Of a stretch of DNA of 64,000 nt, positions 52,563-64,000 are shown one piece after another; positions within the stretch are counted from its first letter, which is position 1, and every line of letters starts with the position of its first letter. The stretch covers positions 12,772,001 through 12,836,000 of the forward strand of contig NC_043006.1 of the NCBI RefSeq assembly GCF_006345805.1, given 5' to 3'. Both the position numbers and the translations under genes were made by a program. Source of the DNA: Octopus sinensis (lineage: Eukaryota). The notes under the pieces are model-generated. The model was not told the origin of the DNA, made no database searches, and saw only the letters and a list, made by a program, of their open reading frames with translations.

Positions 52563-52563
<1 letters not shown>

Positions 52564-52969
52564 CTCTTTTACTCTTTTACTTGTTTCAGTCATTTGACTG
52601 CGGCCATGCTGGAGCACCACCTTTAGTCGAGCAAATCGACCCCGGCACTTATTCTTTGTAAGCCCAGTACTTATTCTATCGGTCTCTTTTGCCGAACCGC
52701 TAAGTGACGGGGACGTAAACACATCAGCATCGGTTGTCAAGCAATGCTAGGGGGACAAACACAGACACACAAACACACACACGCATATATACATATACAT
52801 ATATACGACGGGCTTCTTTTCAGTTTCCGTCTACCAAATCCACTCACAAGGCCTTGGTCGGCCCGAGGCTATAGTAGAAGACATTTGCCCAAGGTGCCAC
52901 GCAGTGGGACTGAACCCGGAACCATGTGATTGGTAAACAAGCTACTTACCACACAGCCACTCCTGCGCC
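52563..52969 (-). mobile_element. Composite SINE B+C
   Basis: Near-identical to 60383-60782. Confidence 0.9.
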
Positions 52970-53649
52970 TATATAGGAATATATAGGAATAAGACATTTG
53001 CCAGTTTACAGAATAGTATATTTTTAATAATAATTATACGGTTTTGTCGGGATTGAAACACACCTACGTGTAATAATTCTATCGTGCAACAGATGTTGGT
53101 TTCATAGTAACTTAGCAAATTAAATGTTTCCCCAGTTTAAATGAATCACTCCGATTAAAATAAAATACATATGTATGTGTGCGTGTGTGTGTGTTTTTGA
53201 AGAAAATGTTACTGAAATAGTATAATCTTTAAGTTTCTTTATGTATAATATTAAAATTTATTTTTGCCTATATTTTCTAACATTATATATTTCAACACCT
53301 TCTTTGAACTATTTTGGAAAATAAAAAAAATTAAGAAAAAGAACTTCTAGATTCCACTTGTGAAGATTACTATCAGCTATGAAGGAACGACTATTTAGTC
53401 TCACACACTGAACTAAATCAATAAAGTTATTTTTTAATTTTGAATTTATCATATGAAAGCATGGTTAAGTTATTAGGAAGTTCATTTTTTAATCATGACA
53501 TTCCGATGTCGATCCCACTGCGCTGCCGTTTCTGCCATAGACTCGGATTGAAGAAATCATGAGTGTGAAATTTACTGGGCGAGTATTGTACGGAAGCCTG
53601 CTGGATCGTCTCTATATTTATGATTCAGAGCTCGGCAGTGTAAGACAGC

Positions 53650-53880
53650 AAGGCGGCAAGCTGGCAGAAATGTTAGCACGCCGGGCGAAATGCTTAGTGG
53701 TATTTTGTCTGCCGCTACGTTCTTAGTATAAATGCCACCGAGGTCGAATTTGCCTTCCATCCTTTCGGGGTCGATAAATTAAGTACCAGCTACGCACTGG
53801 GGCCGATATAATCGATTTAATCCGTTTGTCTGTCCTTGTTTGTCCCCTCTGTGTTTAGCCCCTTGTGGGTAGTAAAGAAA
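53650..53880 (+). mobile_element. SINE family A
   Basis: Head, body and tail present; small deletion at the B box. Confidence 0.85.
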
Positions 53881-54521
53881 TATATATATATTCATGCGTT
53901 TATTTATTCATATTTATTCATATTTAAATACAAAATGAATTATATTATGTACACAATTGTTTTTTTATCAATTATTGACGTTCTTAAATTTCGGGTTTGC
54001 CGTTTTAAATTTGAGATCTTTTGATTTTTGTATTATAAATGCAAATCTTGTCGTTATTATTATTTATTCTTCCAAAACAAGAAGCAAATTACTGGAGCTA
54101 AAACGTATTGTTATATTTTTTCCCGCTAAATTGTAACAATGGAAAGTAAAACAAAGGAAGGAAATTACATGATACCACGCAGCTTGAATATTCCGAAAGT
54201 ATTTTTTTCTAAAATTGATCACAAATTGATCATTAACGATAAGCTTTTGACATACGTTTCCTGAAATAACAATTTTGAACTAAACACAATCTGTTTTTGT
54301 AAAAGCAATAGGTACGAGAGGAAATTAGTAAATAACTTTCAAAGAAATTCTAAACTACTGAGTCACAATCTATGACATTCGGTTCTACGTTCAAACGTCA
54401 ATGATGTGTATGACGTATGTAAGCTTAGTATTCTGGAAAAAAAGGCTTTCGTCAAATATAGCTTATTAATGATTGTAATATACATGTGTGTGCGTTTGTG
54501 TGTGTGTCTGTATGTGTGTAT

Positions 54522-54859
54522 CCCGGGACTTATTCTTTTGTAAGCCCAGTACTTATTCTATCGGTCTCTTTTGCCGAACCACTAAGTGACGGGGACGTAA
54601 ACATACCAGCATCGGTTGTCAAGCAATGCTAGGGGGACAAACACAGACACACAAACACACACACACACATACATACATATATATATACGCATATATACGA
54701 CAGGCTTCTTTCAGTTTCCGTCTACCAATCCACTCACAAGGCTTTGGTCGGCCCGAGGCTATAGTAGAAGACACTTGCCCAAGGTGCCACGCAGTGGGAC
54801 TGAACCCGGAACCATGTGGTTGATAAACAAGCTACTTACCACACAGCCACTCCTGCGCC
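54522..54859 (-). mobile_element. Composite SINE B+C, tail-truncated
   Basis: Homology to the other copies. Confidence 0.88.
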
Positions 54860-55114
54860 TATTTATAATAAACATAAATTTTGTATTAATCTGTAGGATT
54901 TCGATTTATTATTCTTTCACAAGAATAGTATTGGCAATGACATCGAAAGTTCGGATACATGACTTATGATCGCACTGTGTTGCGATTAATTTAATCTTGA
55001 GTTTAGTCTCTGTTAAGATGAATTTTATTTTCGGGCGTGAGGGTTTCAGCTGAAAGGTAATTAGGTTGTAGTGTAGGTAATGATGGAGTGGTGTTTTGGG
55101 AGAAATGCACACAC

Positions 55115-55191
<77 letters not shown>

Positions 55192-55206
55192 TATATTATA
55201 CATATA

Positions 55207-55237
<31 letters not shown>

Positions 55238-55250
55238 CCATATATATATG

Positions 55251-55284
<34 letters not shown>

Positions 55285-55302
55285 CATATGTATGTGTATT
55301 AT

Positions 55303-55352
<50 letters not shown>

Positions 55353-56308
55353 AAGTGGAAGCACGTGGCTTAGTGTCACTATCATGATCGTAAGATGTGG
55401 TTTCGATACCTGGGCCGGGGCGACGCGTTGTTTTCTGAGAAAAAACATTTCATTTCACATTGCTTCGGGCAAATATGAATAACGCTGCGATAGACTGGAG
55501 TCCCGTCCATCTGGGGAAAAACAGGAGCCTGGCTAGGCTTTAAAAGGACGCATTTATTTATATATATATATAATATAAAGCAAATATAAATAGAGGGAGA
55601 GAGATCAATAGACAGATATGCAGGTAGAGGGAGAGAGAGAAAGAGTGTCCAATCAATAGAAAAATAGAAGCAGTGCGCCAGTGCAGTGTGTTAGACAAGT
55701 TAAACACAAACGTATGATAAGCCACGGAAATTTAAACGGTTGCCAAAAAGAAAAAAGAGTTAAAAACTACTTCACGAATTTCAAATATTGAAATTTTTTA
55801 CAGGTACACATCTAAAATCTCCTGAAATTTCTATTTATCATATGCGTGAAGCACAGGAACGGAATTTGTTAACAAAGACGCTTCACATATAACTATGCAA
55901 GTATATCTGGATCTTAAATGATGATAAAACTATCCTTTATGAAATCGGTTGTCCATTATAGAGCATGTGTGATCATACTTAAATTTCTCGAAAGAGTCAC
56001 ATTAGTCAGTGATGACATACAATACACTATTACAACACTTTGCAATTTTCACTGAAAGAGTAGGTGTTGTGAATCCTCAGAAAGTTTCCATTCATATTTG
56101 TAGAGGTGTTTGCAAATGTTAATGAGATAAAAGAAAAATTATTTTTACACGCTGAAATATGATCAAGTAAAGAAAAACATTATCAATTATCAACATTAAA
56201 ACTTCATTAACAGTGTTTTATGTATTTATACAAATGAATATAAATAAACCACCAATCCTGTCTAACAGAAGATGCAGGGTAAAAAATATTAAATAAATCA
56301 TATATGTA

Positions 56309-56720
56309 GGCGCAGAAGTGGCTGTGTGGTAAGTAGCTTGCTAACCAACCACATGGTTCCGGGTTCAGTCCCACTGCGTGGCATCTTGGGCAAGTGTCTT
56401 CTGCTATAGCCCCGGGCCGACCAATGCCTTGTGAGTGGATTTGGTAGACGGAAACTGAAAGAAGCCTGTCGTATATAGTATATATAGTATATATATGTAT
56501 GTGTGTGTTGGTGTCTGTGTTTGTCCCCCTAGCATTGCTGACAACCGATGCTGGTGTGTTTATGTCCCCGTTACTTAGCGGCTCGGCAAAGGAGACCGAT
56601 AGAATAAGTACTGGGCTTACAAAGAATAAGTCCCGGGGTCGATTTGCTCGACTAAAGGCGGTGTTCCAGCATGGCCGCAGTCAAAATGACTGAAACAAGT
56701 AAAAGAGAAAAAAGAAAAGA
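56309..56720 (+). mobile_element. Composite SINE B+C
   Basis: Homology to the other copies. Confidence 0.9.
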
Positions 56721-56984
56721 GAGATACCAGTGGTTAGCATGCGTAGTAAACGTCACAAGACATAAATATTTTTATAATATAATAGTATATAGGACTTTAT
56801 ACACGGAGGGGAGACCACCTCTTCGGCAGATAATACACGGTTCAATTCATTCACTGCTGTACTACTCTGACTAGGCACGTTGGTTGAGGGCATTTGATTT
56901 GAATTTCTTGATGTATATAGATGAAAATAAATGCACATATTACTAAGCTGGCAATACAATGTAGACGGTTGGCCGCATAGATCC

Positions 56985-57282
56985 ATAGAACTTTCAGCCG
57001 CATAGACTACTGCTCCCAAGTATGGGCACCATACAGTATATAATTAACAACGGAACTTGCCAGAGTCCAGCAAAGCTACACAAAGAAGACCGTATCAATG
57101 CAACATGTAAGCTAGTGGGAAAGGCTAAAGAAGATAAGCCTCTACTCCCCAGAACGAAGGCAGCAGCATCAAATTCACTCATTCATCAAAAGCCACGTAT
57201 CAGAGGCGGATTCAAGTGGTGAAGGTGAAGAAAAACTAAAGCGTGCCCCAGCATGACCGCAGTCTCCAGCTGAAACTAATAG
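56985..57282 (+). mobile_element. Decayed, internally deleted copy of the 19245 CR1-type LINE
   Basis: FSRIDYCSQVWAPYSI*LTTELARVQQSYTKK..S*WERLKKISLYSPERR; ends CCCCAGCATGACCGCAG..CTGAAACTA. Confidence 0.8.
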
Positions 57283-57301
57283 ATATATATATATATATAT
57301 C

Positions 57302-57332
<31 letters not shown>

Positions 57333-57403
57333 TATATATATATAGTATGTTGTATGTATACATATATAATATAATGTACTAAAATATAACATGATGTAAC
57401 TTA

Positions 57404-57443
<40 letters not shown>

Positions 57444-57508
57444 CAAACATACATGCATACACAATACATACAAGCATACATACATACATACACACTTACA
57501 TATATACA

Positions 57509-57541
<33 letters not shown>

Positions 57542-58357
57542 CACTATTTCCTTTCATTTATTTTCTATGGATTTGTTCAGAGTACATAATATATAAAAGA
57601 AATGTGGTTTTTTCCATTGATCGTCTACGATGCGATTGATTTTAAGCTTATTTTAACACTGAAAATAAATATTAATTTTCTTTTATATCAAGTCTTACAA
57701 CTTGGAAATTGAGAGTCAATATATATTTATGTACCGTTAAGAAACATACATGTGTGTGTTCGTGTGTATGCGTGAGTGTGTGCTTGCGTTTGTATGTAAC
57801 TATATATATAATAGATATAATAAAAACTAATGAAATTGCTATTGATTATGCCTTTAACCGAAAAAAGAAAACAAACGTATACTTCGAAATATCCTTTGGA
57901 ATCGTTATGTGTATAATAAAAGAAATAACAACTATGAAGAAATATGAAAAGAAGCAACTCAAATGCTGTGAAATCAATGTTTAATTAATTGAATATTCAT
58001 ATATTCCTCGTAGTATTACATCGCTCTATATTGCAATGCGCTGCTCTGGAATATATTATTAAATTAAAGTCATTAAAAAAGTATAATCTAATGAACATTA
58101 TAGAAATTACTAATTGTTTTTCTCTTTATTTTCAAACAGAGAAGACGAGAAGTTCTTCTCCGTCTTTGTAACTTTCATTATGGTATACATAAATATGGCA
58201 CATATATATATATATATATAGATAGACACGAGTGAGTAGACAAGCGAAAGAAAATGGCATTCAGTTATCACACATGCTAGTATATATATATATATTAAAT
58301 ATACACATACATACATAATACATGCATATAATATATATATATTTATATATTTATATA

Positions 58358-58424
<67 letters not shown>

Positions 58425-58430
58425 TATTCA

Positions 58431-58484
<54 letters not shown>

Positions 58485-58877
58485 AAACAGTTTGGTCAAA
58501 CTCCCTGCAATTTAAAGTTTCACAGGCACATCTCCATTGGTCTAACTTTAGTGAGGCTCCTACAAGTCTTCGAAACTTGCGGGTGAATCAAACTGTTTTA
58601 GATAATGATAATAATATTAATAATGAGGATGAGAAGGATAATGAATATATATATACTTCAGTTTTGTATCTCGTTACTAAAGATTCTTTATATGAATTCG
58701 TGTTGAAACAAATATTTTGTGTCTGAGGAGAGTCATACTGCCTTAAATCTAACACACTGACCTGTTCAATTTCCACCTTTCATATATTTTTTATATTTCT
58801 TCTTTCCAAAATTTTCTTCGCCACCATATATATATATATATAGATATATATATAATATATATATATATAGTATATAT

Positions 58878-59094
58878 ATAATATAACGGGAAGCTTTATG
58901 AAAGAAAAAAAGACGAAGGCAGGTGGAGTACAACACAAACAATTGTATTAGTATGGCGCTCAGGAATACAAATAAAACAAGTCTTTTACGTTCGAGCCTA
59001 CGCTCTTCAAGAGAAAGATACACAGAAAGGAACACGGAGAGAAACAAGGAGATAAAAAAATGCGTGCAGAAGCTAGCGATTCAAAATGGCGTAT

Positions 59095-59095
<1 letters not shown>
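58878..59095 (-). mobile_element. ~200-bp hammerhead element family C, degenerate core at 58982-59018
   Basis: Homologous to 37468-37665; core decayed to CTCTTGA/GAAC; sits in (TA)n. Confidence 0.7.
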
Positions 59096-59160
<65 letters not shown>

Positions 59161-60244
59161 TGTTGTGTGTGTGTGTATATACAGGAACAGTGGCACTTGG
59201 GAAGAAACACTGAAATCAAAAGCTAAGGCAATCTTTACAATTGCAAAGTGTAAGTCAAACAATACTAGCAAGAACAATGTATGACATCCTTCTTCAAGAA
59301 CAGGGAAGTAATAGTAATGAAGGTGCCTCCAACATCATGTGAAACGCTATATGTTACAAGAATAAAGAAAATACATTCTTCGAGCAAGTACATTTTATGC
59401 AGAGTATGAAAGACCCTCTAAAAACTGCTTCAATATTTCATCTAACCTGTCGTATATAACAGGTTGGGAAACAAATTTGGCTACTAGTGTTAGATCTGAG
59501 AATCTAAAGTTAACCGAAAGTTATTTTGGCAGAATTTCAATTTATAACTTAAAGAAGACAAAATTGTTGGCTGAAGTTGTGATCAGAGAAATATGGATAT
59601 TCTGTCAGCATTTCTTTGGTTAAAATATCTTACTAAACTGAAACAAAACGAAAAATAGCAATTTGAATATACATGATTTAACATTCTATTCTTAATTAAA
59701 AATCTAGGACGGTAAATTGGCGAAACTTTTAGAGCATCGCACCAAATAATTTGTGATATCTAGTTACCTTTTATATGCTATGTTCAAATATGTTTGTGGT
59801 CAATTTGGCATTTCATCCATCCGTGATGTGAAAGATTGACCTTTAAAGTACTGGTGTCTATTAAATAAGATGTACTTGAAAGTAATATTTATTTTATTCT
59901 ACTGCAGGTAACAGTCATTGAACTGCGGCCACGCAGAAGCACCTCCCTTAGGGAGTTTACGTGATCATAATCTCTCCTTGTATGTGTAGCCGTTTGTAGC
60001 TGCTAGAAATTAATAGTAGTGCAAGAAAGGTGTTTTCTAGTTATGTTTTAAAGAAGCGGTGCATATTTCCCAGGAGATGGTAGACAAAATTCTTGAGGGA
60101 AGCTTCATTGGTCACCATTCATTAAGTTGCTTTTAAACAATTTATACAACAACGGTGAAATATTTAGTTGTTTTGTTTTCACCAATCTATGTGGTGAAAC
60201 CCAACGTTCTCCATGTCTGACCACAGTTAATATATTTCCTCTTC

Positions 60245-60277
<33 letters not shown>

Positions 60278-60298
60278 TATATATAAACAAACACATGC

Positions 60299-60331
<33 letters not shown>

Positions 60332-60382
60332 CATATATATATATATATATTATATATATATATAATATTATACTCCTAATAT

Positions 60383-60782
60383 ACTCTTTCACTCTTTCTC
60401 TTTCACTTGTTTCAGTCATTTGACTGCGGCCATGCTGGAGCACCGCCTTTAGTCGAGCAACTCGACCCCGGGACTTGTTCTTTGTAAGCCAAGTACTTAT
60501 TCTATCGGTCTCTTTTGCCGAACCGCTAAGTAACGGGGACGTAAACACACCAGCATCGATTGTCAAGCAATGCTAGGGGGACAAACACAGACACACAAAC
60601 ATATATATATACATATATACGACAGGCTTCTTTCAGTTTCCGTCTACCAAATCCACTCACAAGGCATTGGTCGGCCCGAGGCTATAGCAGAAGATACTTG
60701 CCCAAGATGCCGCGCAGTGGGACTGAACCCGGAACCATGTGGTTGGTTAGCAAGCTACTTACCACACAGCCACTCCTGCGCC
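60383..60782 (-). mobile_element. Composite SINE B+C
   Basis: Homology to the other copies. Confidence 0.9.
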
Positions 60783-60894
60783 TATATAGGACAAACTTTT
60801 TTTCAAAAATTTCATCGAAATGGCCAGCATGTTAAAATACCTTTAAAGGTGAAAATTATAAGCAATTATAAATAAATGCCAAAGATTTCTATGC

Positions 60895-61017
60895 CAATAT
60901 GTTGAGAATAGACTTTAAATCGTCAATCACCACATACAATATACATCACTATGAATATACACGACGTGTATATTGTATGCGGTGATTGACGATTTAAAGT
61001 CTATTCTCAACATATTG
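60895..61017. repeat. 50-bp-arm inverted repeat (1 mismatch)
   Basis: CAATATGTTGAGAATAGACTTTAAATCGTCAATCACC(A/G)CATACAATATAC on both arms. Confidence 0.92.
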
Positions 61018-61265
61018 AGATAGAAATATTTTTTCTTTTGCCCTTATTTATACTTATATATATATATATAAACACACACGGACGATAGGAATAAATACAA
61101 GAACGTACTCCAATTGATAACTTACATTCGGTTATCCATACCGTAAGAATGAGTAAAAGTTGGCGAATAGAGCAAAGAGAGCTGTGACGTATCAACATCT
61201 TGCAGATGAATCGGGTCGGTCCCCAGCGGGGGAACGAAATCGCGGGGCTAAAGGACGGTAATAAT

Positions 61266-61682
61266 CTCAGGCTCTCATAGACTGCTATACACAACTGCCG
61301 AATGGGGAAGAAAAGGAAGGTCAAATGCGATGTGCTTGATCTCAGCGAAACACGTCAAAGGAAAGAGCTAATTGCAAGACGGACAGATGGCAGTGTCGTG
61401 AGACAGGAAAGAGAAGAAGGTGTCGTAGGGGCAGGCTCTTCAGACACCCTCTTCATAGGGTAGTATCAAAAGCAACCACCATTACATTTCCTGGTTGGAT
61501 TCCCAAACGTGACTTGTTGAAACACTGGATAGTATGCAACGATCTTGTTCTTGGTCTACTTCTCGGTCACTGTCGGTTGGTGCAGCGTAAAAATTCCGCC
61601 TTGCGATTTTGTCCTAGGTCATTCTAATCATATAGCCGTTGCATCAAAGTTGTAGCCTCGCAATACGGAGAGATAGCGGCTC
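61266..61682. mobile_element. Decayed RTE APE-endonuclease fragments in opposite orientations
   Basis: Plus strand: IHNCR..KVKCDVLDLSETRQRKELIARRTDGS..GVVGAG. Minus strand: EPLSLRIARLQL..FYAAPTDSDREVD. Confidence 0.6.
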
Positions 61683-62699
61683 GACACTCTGAGGCACTCT
61701 GATCTTCCAACAATGAAGCGTCTCGAGTGACGTTACTCCTGAGCTCCTTCGCGGGAACTTTTAATTACTTTATGATTTAGAGCAACAAATCTCTGTTACA
61801 GTAAATTACCTCAGTTTTGTTTAAAGCACAATGGGACACCAAAATTTAGATACTGACCATAAATAGTTCGCTTAGACCTCGTTACACACCGCTGGTTTCA
61901 GGATCATCACGATATTCTTTCGGAGAATTAAGAGTACATTACTCTCATAATACTTCTTGTATGGAACCAGTTCCCATTAATTTATTTCAGTATGTGACTC
62001 ATTTTCAAAGAATATTGAAGAGGGAGTGTGAATAAAGTGTCATTAGCATAAATTTGGTATCATTCAATTTATAAAACACATTATTCCTGAAAACACATTA
62101 TGAGAAACATGAAGAAAGCAAAAAGTAAAGAAATCAATATAGATCAATATCAGCGGGAAATATTCTGACACATTTTTAGAATCAATTATTGAAATAAATT
62201 CAAGATATATTCTGGGGATTATTTTACGTAGTTTATTAAACTCACGCACGCAAACACACACAAGCACACGAAGTCATACTCACGCACATAGGCTACATGC
62301 ATATACACCCCACACTGTATACATACATGTGCATAATTCTGTAGGTATATTTATATATCTATGTATTATGCATGTATATATATATAGGGAAAATATATAT
62401 ATATATATATAATATATATATATATATAATATATATGTATGTGTGTGTGTGTGTATGTATGTATTTACGTATATATGTATGTGTGTATGCATTTGTGTAT
62501 GTATGCATGCATGCATGTATACATGCATGTTAAAAATATTAAATTCGAATTTAATATTTTTAACATATCATGCTATCCGGAACAAAATTCGAACTCAAAT
62601 ATGATATTGCTGATCATTAATGATAAAAAAAAAAAAGGAATAGGCAAGAGGAAGATAAAAAAACAAAGATAAAAAGGCTCAAGAAAGGAAATGAAGAGT

Positions 62700-63385
62700 T
62701 ACATTGTCGTGTCCGTTCGAAGCAGAATTAATATCGTTGTATTTGAAGCTGAATTAAGATGGTTGATGTAAATCATTTCAATGGAGAGATGTTCATTTTC
62801 TGTGAGACTCCATGCCTAATCCGGATTCCTGTGACCCCCATCGTAGTTTTAAAAAAATCTTATAGCCAATATCAGCAACGGAATATATAATCACTTCTCT
62901 AAAGTAATATTCGATGAGGTAGCCTTGTTATAAAATAATGTCTTGGCTAACAATGACTCTGATGAAAATATGTCCCATAAGTCTATAATTTGGAATTAGA
63001 CCTAGGAAGATAATATCGTCCACCCCAAACTACGTTTTGTTTATAAATATTAAGACTAATGTAATTAGAAAATTCCTAGCCGTAATAGTTAAGCATTTCC
63101 CAGTTCACTATAATACAGCAAAAATTCTAATAGACATTCAATGAAATATTCATAGAGCTGCGACGTTTCATCAACCAAGAGGATGGGGAAGATTCGGTGA
63201 AAGAGTTCTTTGCCTTGAAGAACATGAACTACTATCAGCATGAGATCAAAGAATTGGCAGAAAGGTGTCTTTAGATGATGCAACACGATGGCCTCTACCG
63301 TTAATGTTTGGCCGCTTTTGATGTAACTTGAAGAAAGCAAATAAGTTGACAAAATATTGCAAAACCTTTGATTCACCGCAATGTA
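62700..63385 (+). mobile_element. Highly decayed mariner transposase relic
   Basis: C-terminal ELRRFINQEDGEDSVKEFFALKNMNYYQHEIKELAERCL*MMQHDGLY at ~63130-63305; the upstream boundary is uncertain. Confidence 0.65.
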
Positions 63386-63492
63386 TATCTCTCTTGGCAT
63401 ACACACTCATATGTAAATGTTATGTATGTGTACATATTTACATATGTATACACATACACACACATACATACACGCATACGCACACACACACG

Positions 63493-63558
<66 letters not shown>

Positions 63559-63559
<1 letters not shown>

Positions 63560-63836
63560 GGAGGTGCAATGGCCTAGTGGTTAGGGCAGTGGAAACGCGG
63601 TTGTAGGATCGCAGTTTCGATTCCCAGGCCGGGCGCTGTGAGTGTTTATTGAGCGAAAACACCTAAAGCTCCACGGGTCTTCAGCTGAGTGGGGGGATTC
63701 CTGCTGTACTCTTTCGCCGCAACTTTCTCTCACCCGCTTAGCCAGCGGGGTGGCGTCATTTGAAGGCTAATACAATGCGAAGTGCATTGTGACCAGTAAT
63801 GTGTAGCAACATTTGATACCCTGGTCGGTCACGGTG
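63559..63836 (+). mobile_element. SINE family D head with a different 3' half
   Basis: Head matches the reverse strand of 25880-26044; the tail differs from that copy. Confidence 0.8.
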
Positions 63837-64000
63837 ATATATATATATATATATATCATTAAGAGACATAACCTCTGTTAAGTAATTCAATAGTGAAAGA
63901 CATTATCCACACCATATAGAAAAAATTAAACATACTATAATAAACATTATTCAAAAACTTAAATAAATGTTTATTTCATTTTGTGATTTTTTTAATGATA

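Noticed and set aside
59183-59252. Possible ~65-nt exon ending in GTAAGT
   Set aside because: Acceptor lies in a (TG)n tract; no other evidence

Overview
AT-rich, repeat-saturated eukaryotic DNA, most likely from an octopus or other coleoid cephalopod. That assignment is an inference from the SINE families, the decayed C2H2 zinc-finger array and the extreme microsatellite load. No intact protein-coding gene can be supported; nearly all ORFs in the supplied track are microsatellite read-throughs. The window holds a C2H2-ZNF pseudogene (~3.2-5.7 kb), several tRNA-derived SINE families, LINE fragments (CR1-type, RTE, R4/Dong-type RLE), two mariner relics, a Tigger-type MITE, a non-autonomous Helitron and many fold-back elements. 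The most striking signal is about a dozen hammerhead-ribozyme-like motifs in at least five sequence families, mostly in small elements embedded in or beside (TA)n tracts. They include a Penelope-like element with a GIY-YIG remnant and inverted ribozyme-bearing termini (15.7-18.2 kb), one fully canonical GUC hammerhead (16947-17028, minus strand), a 213-bp palindrome with a hammerhead on each strand (41940-42152), and three copies sharing a non-canonical CCGAUGA core. All folds were read by eye and none was computed.
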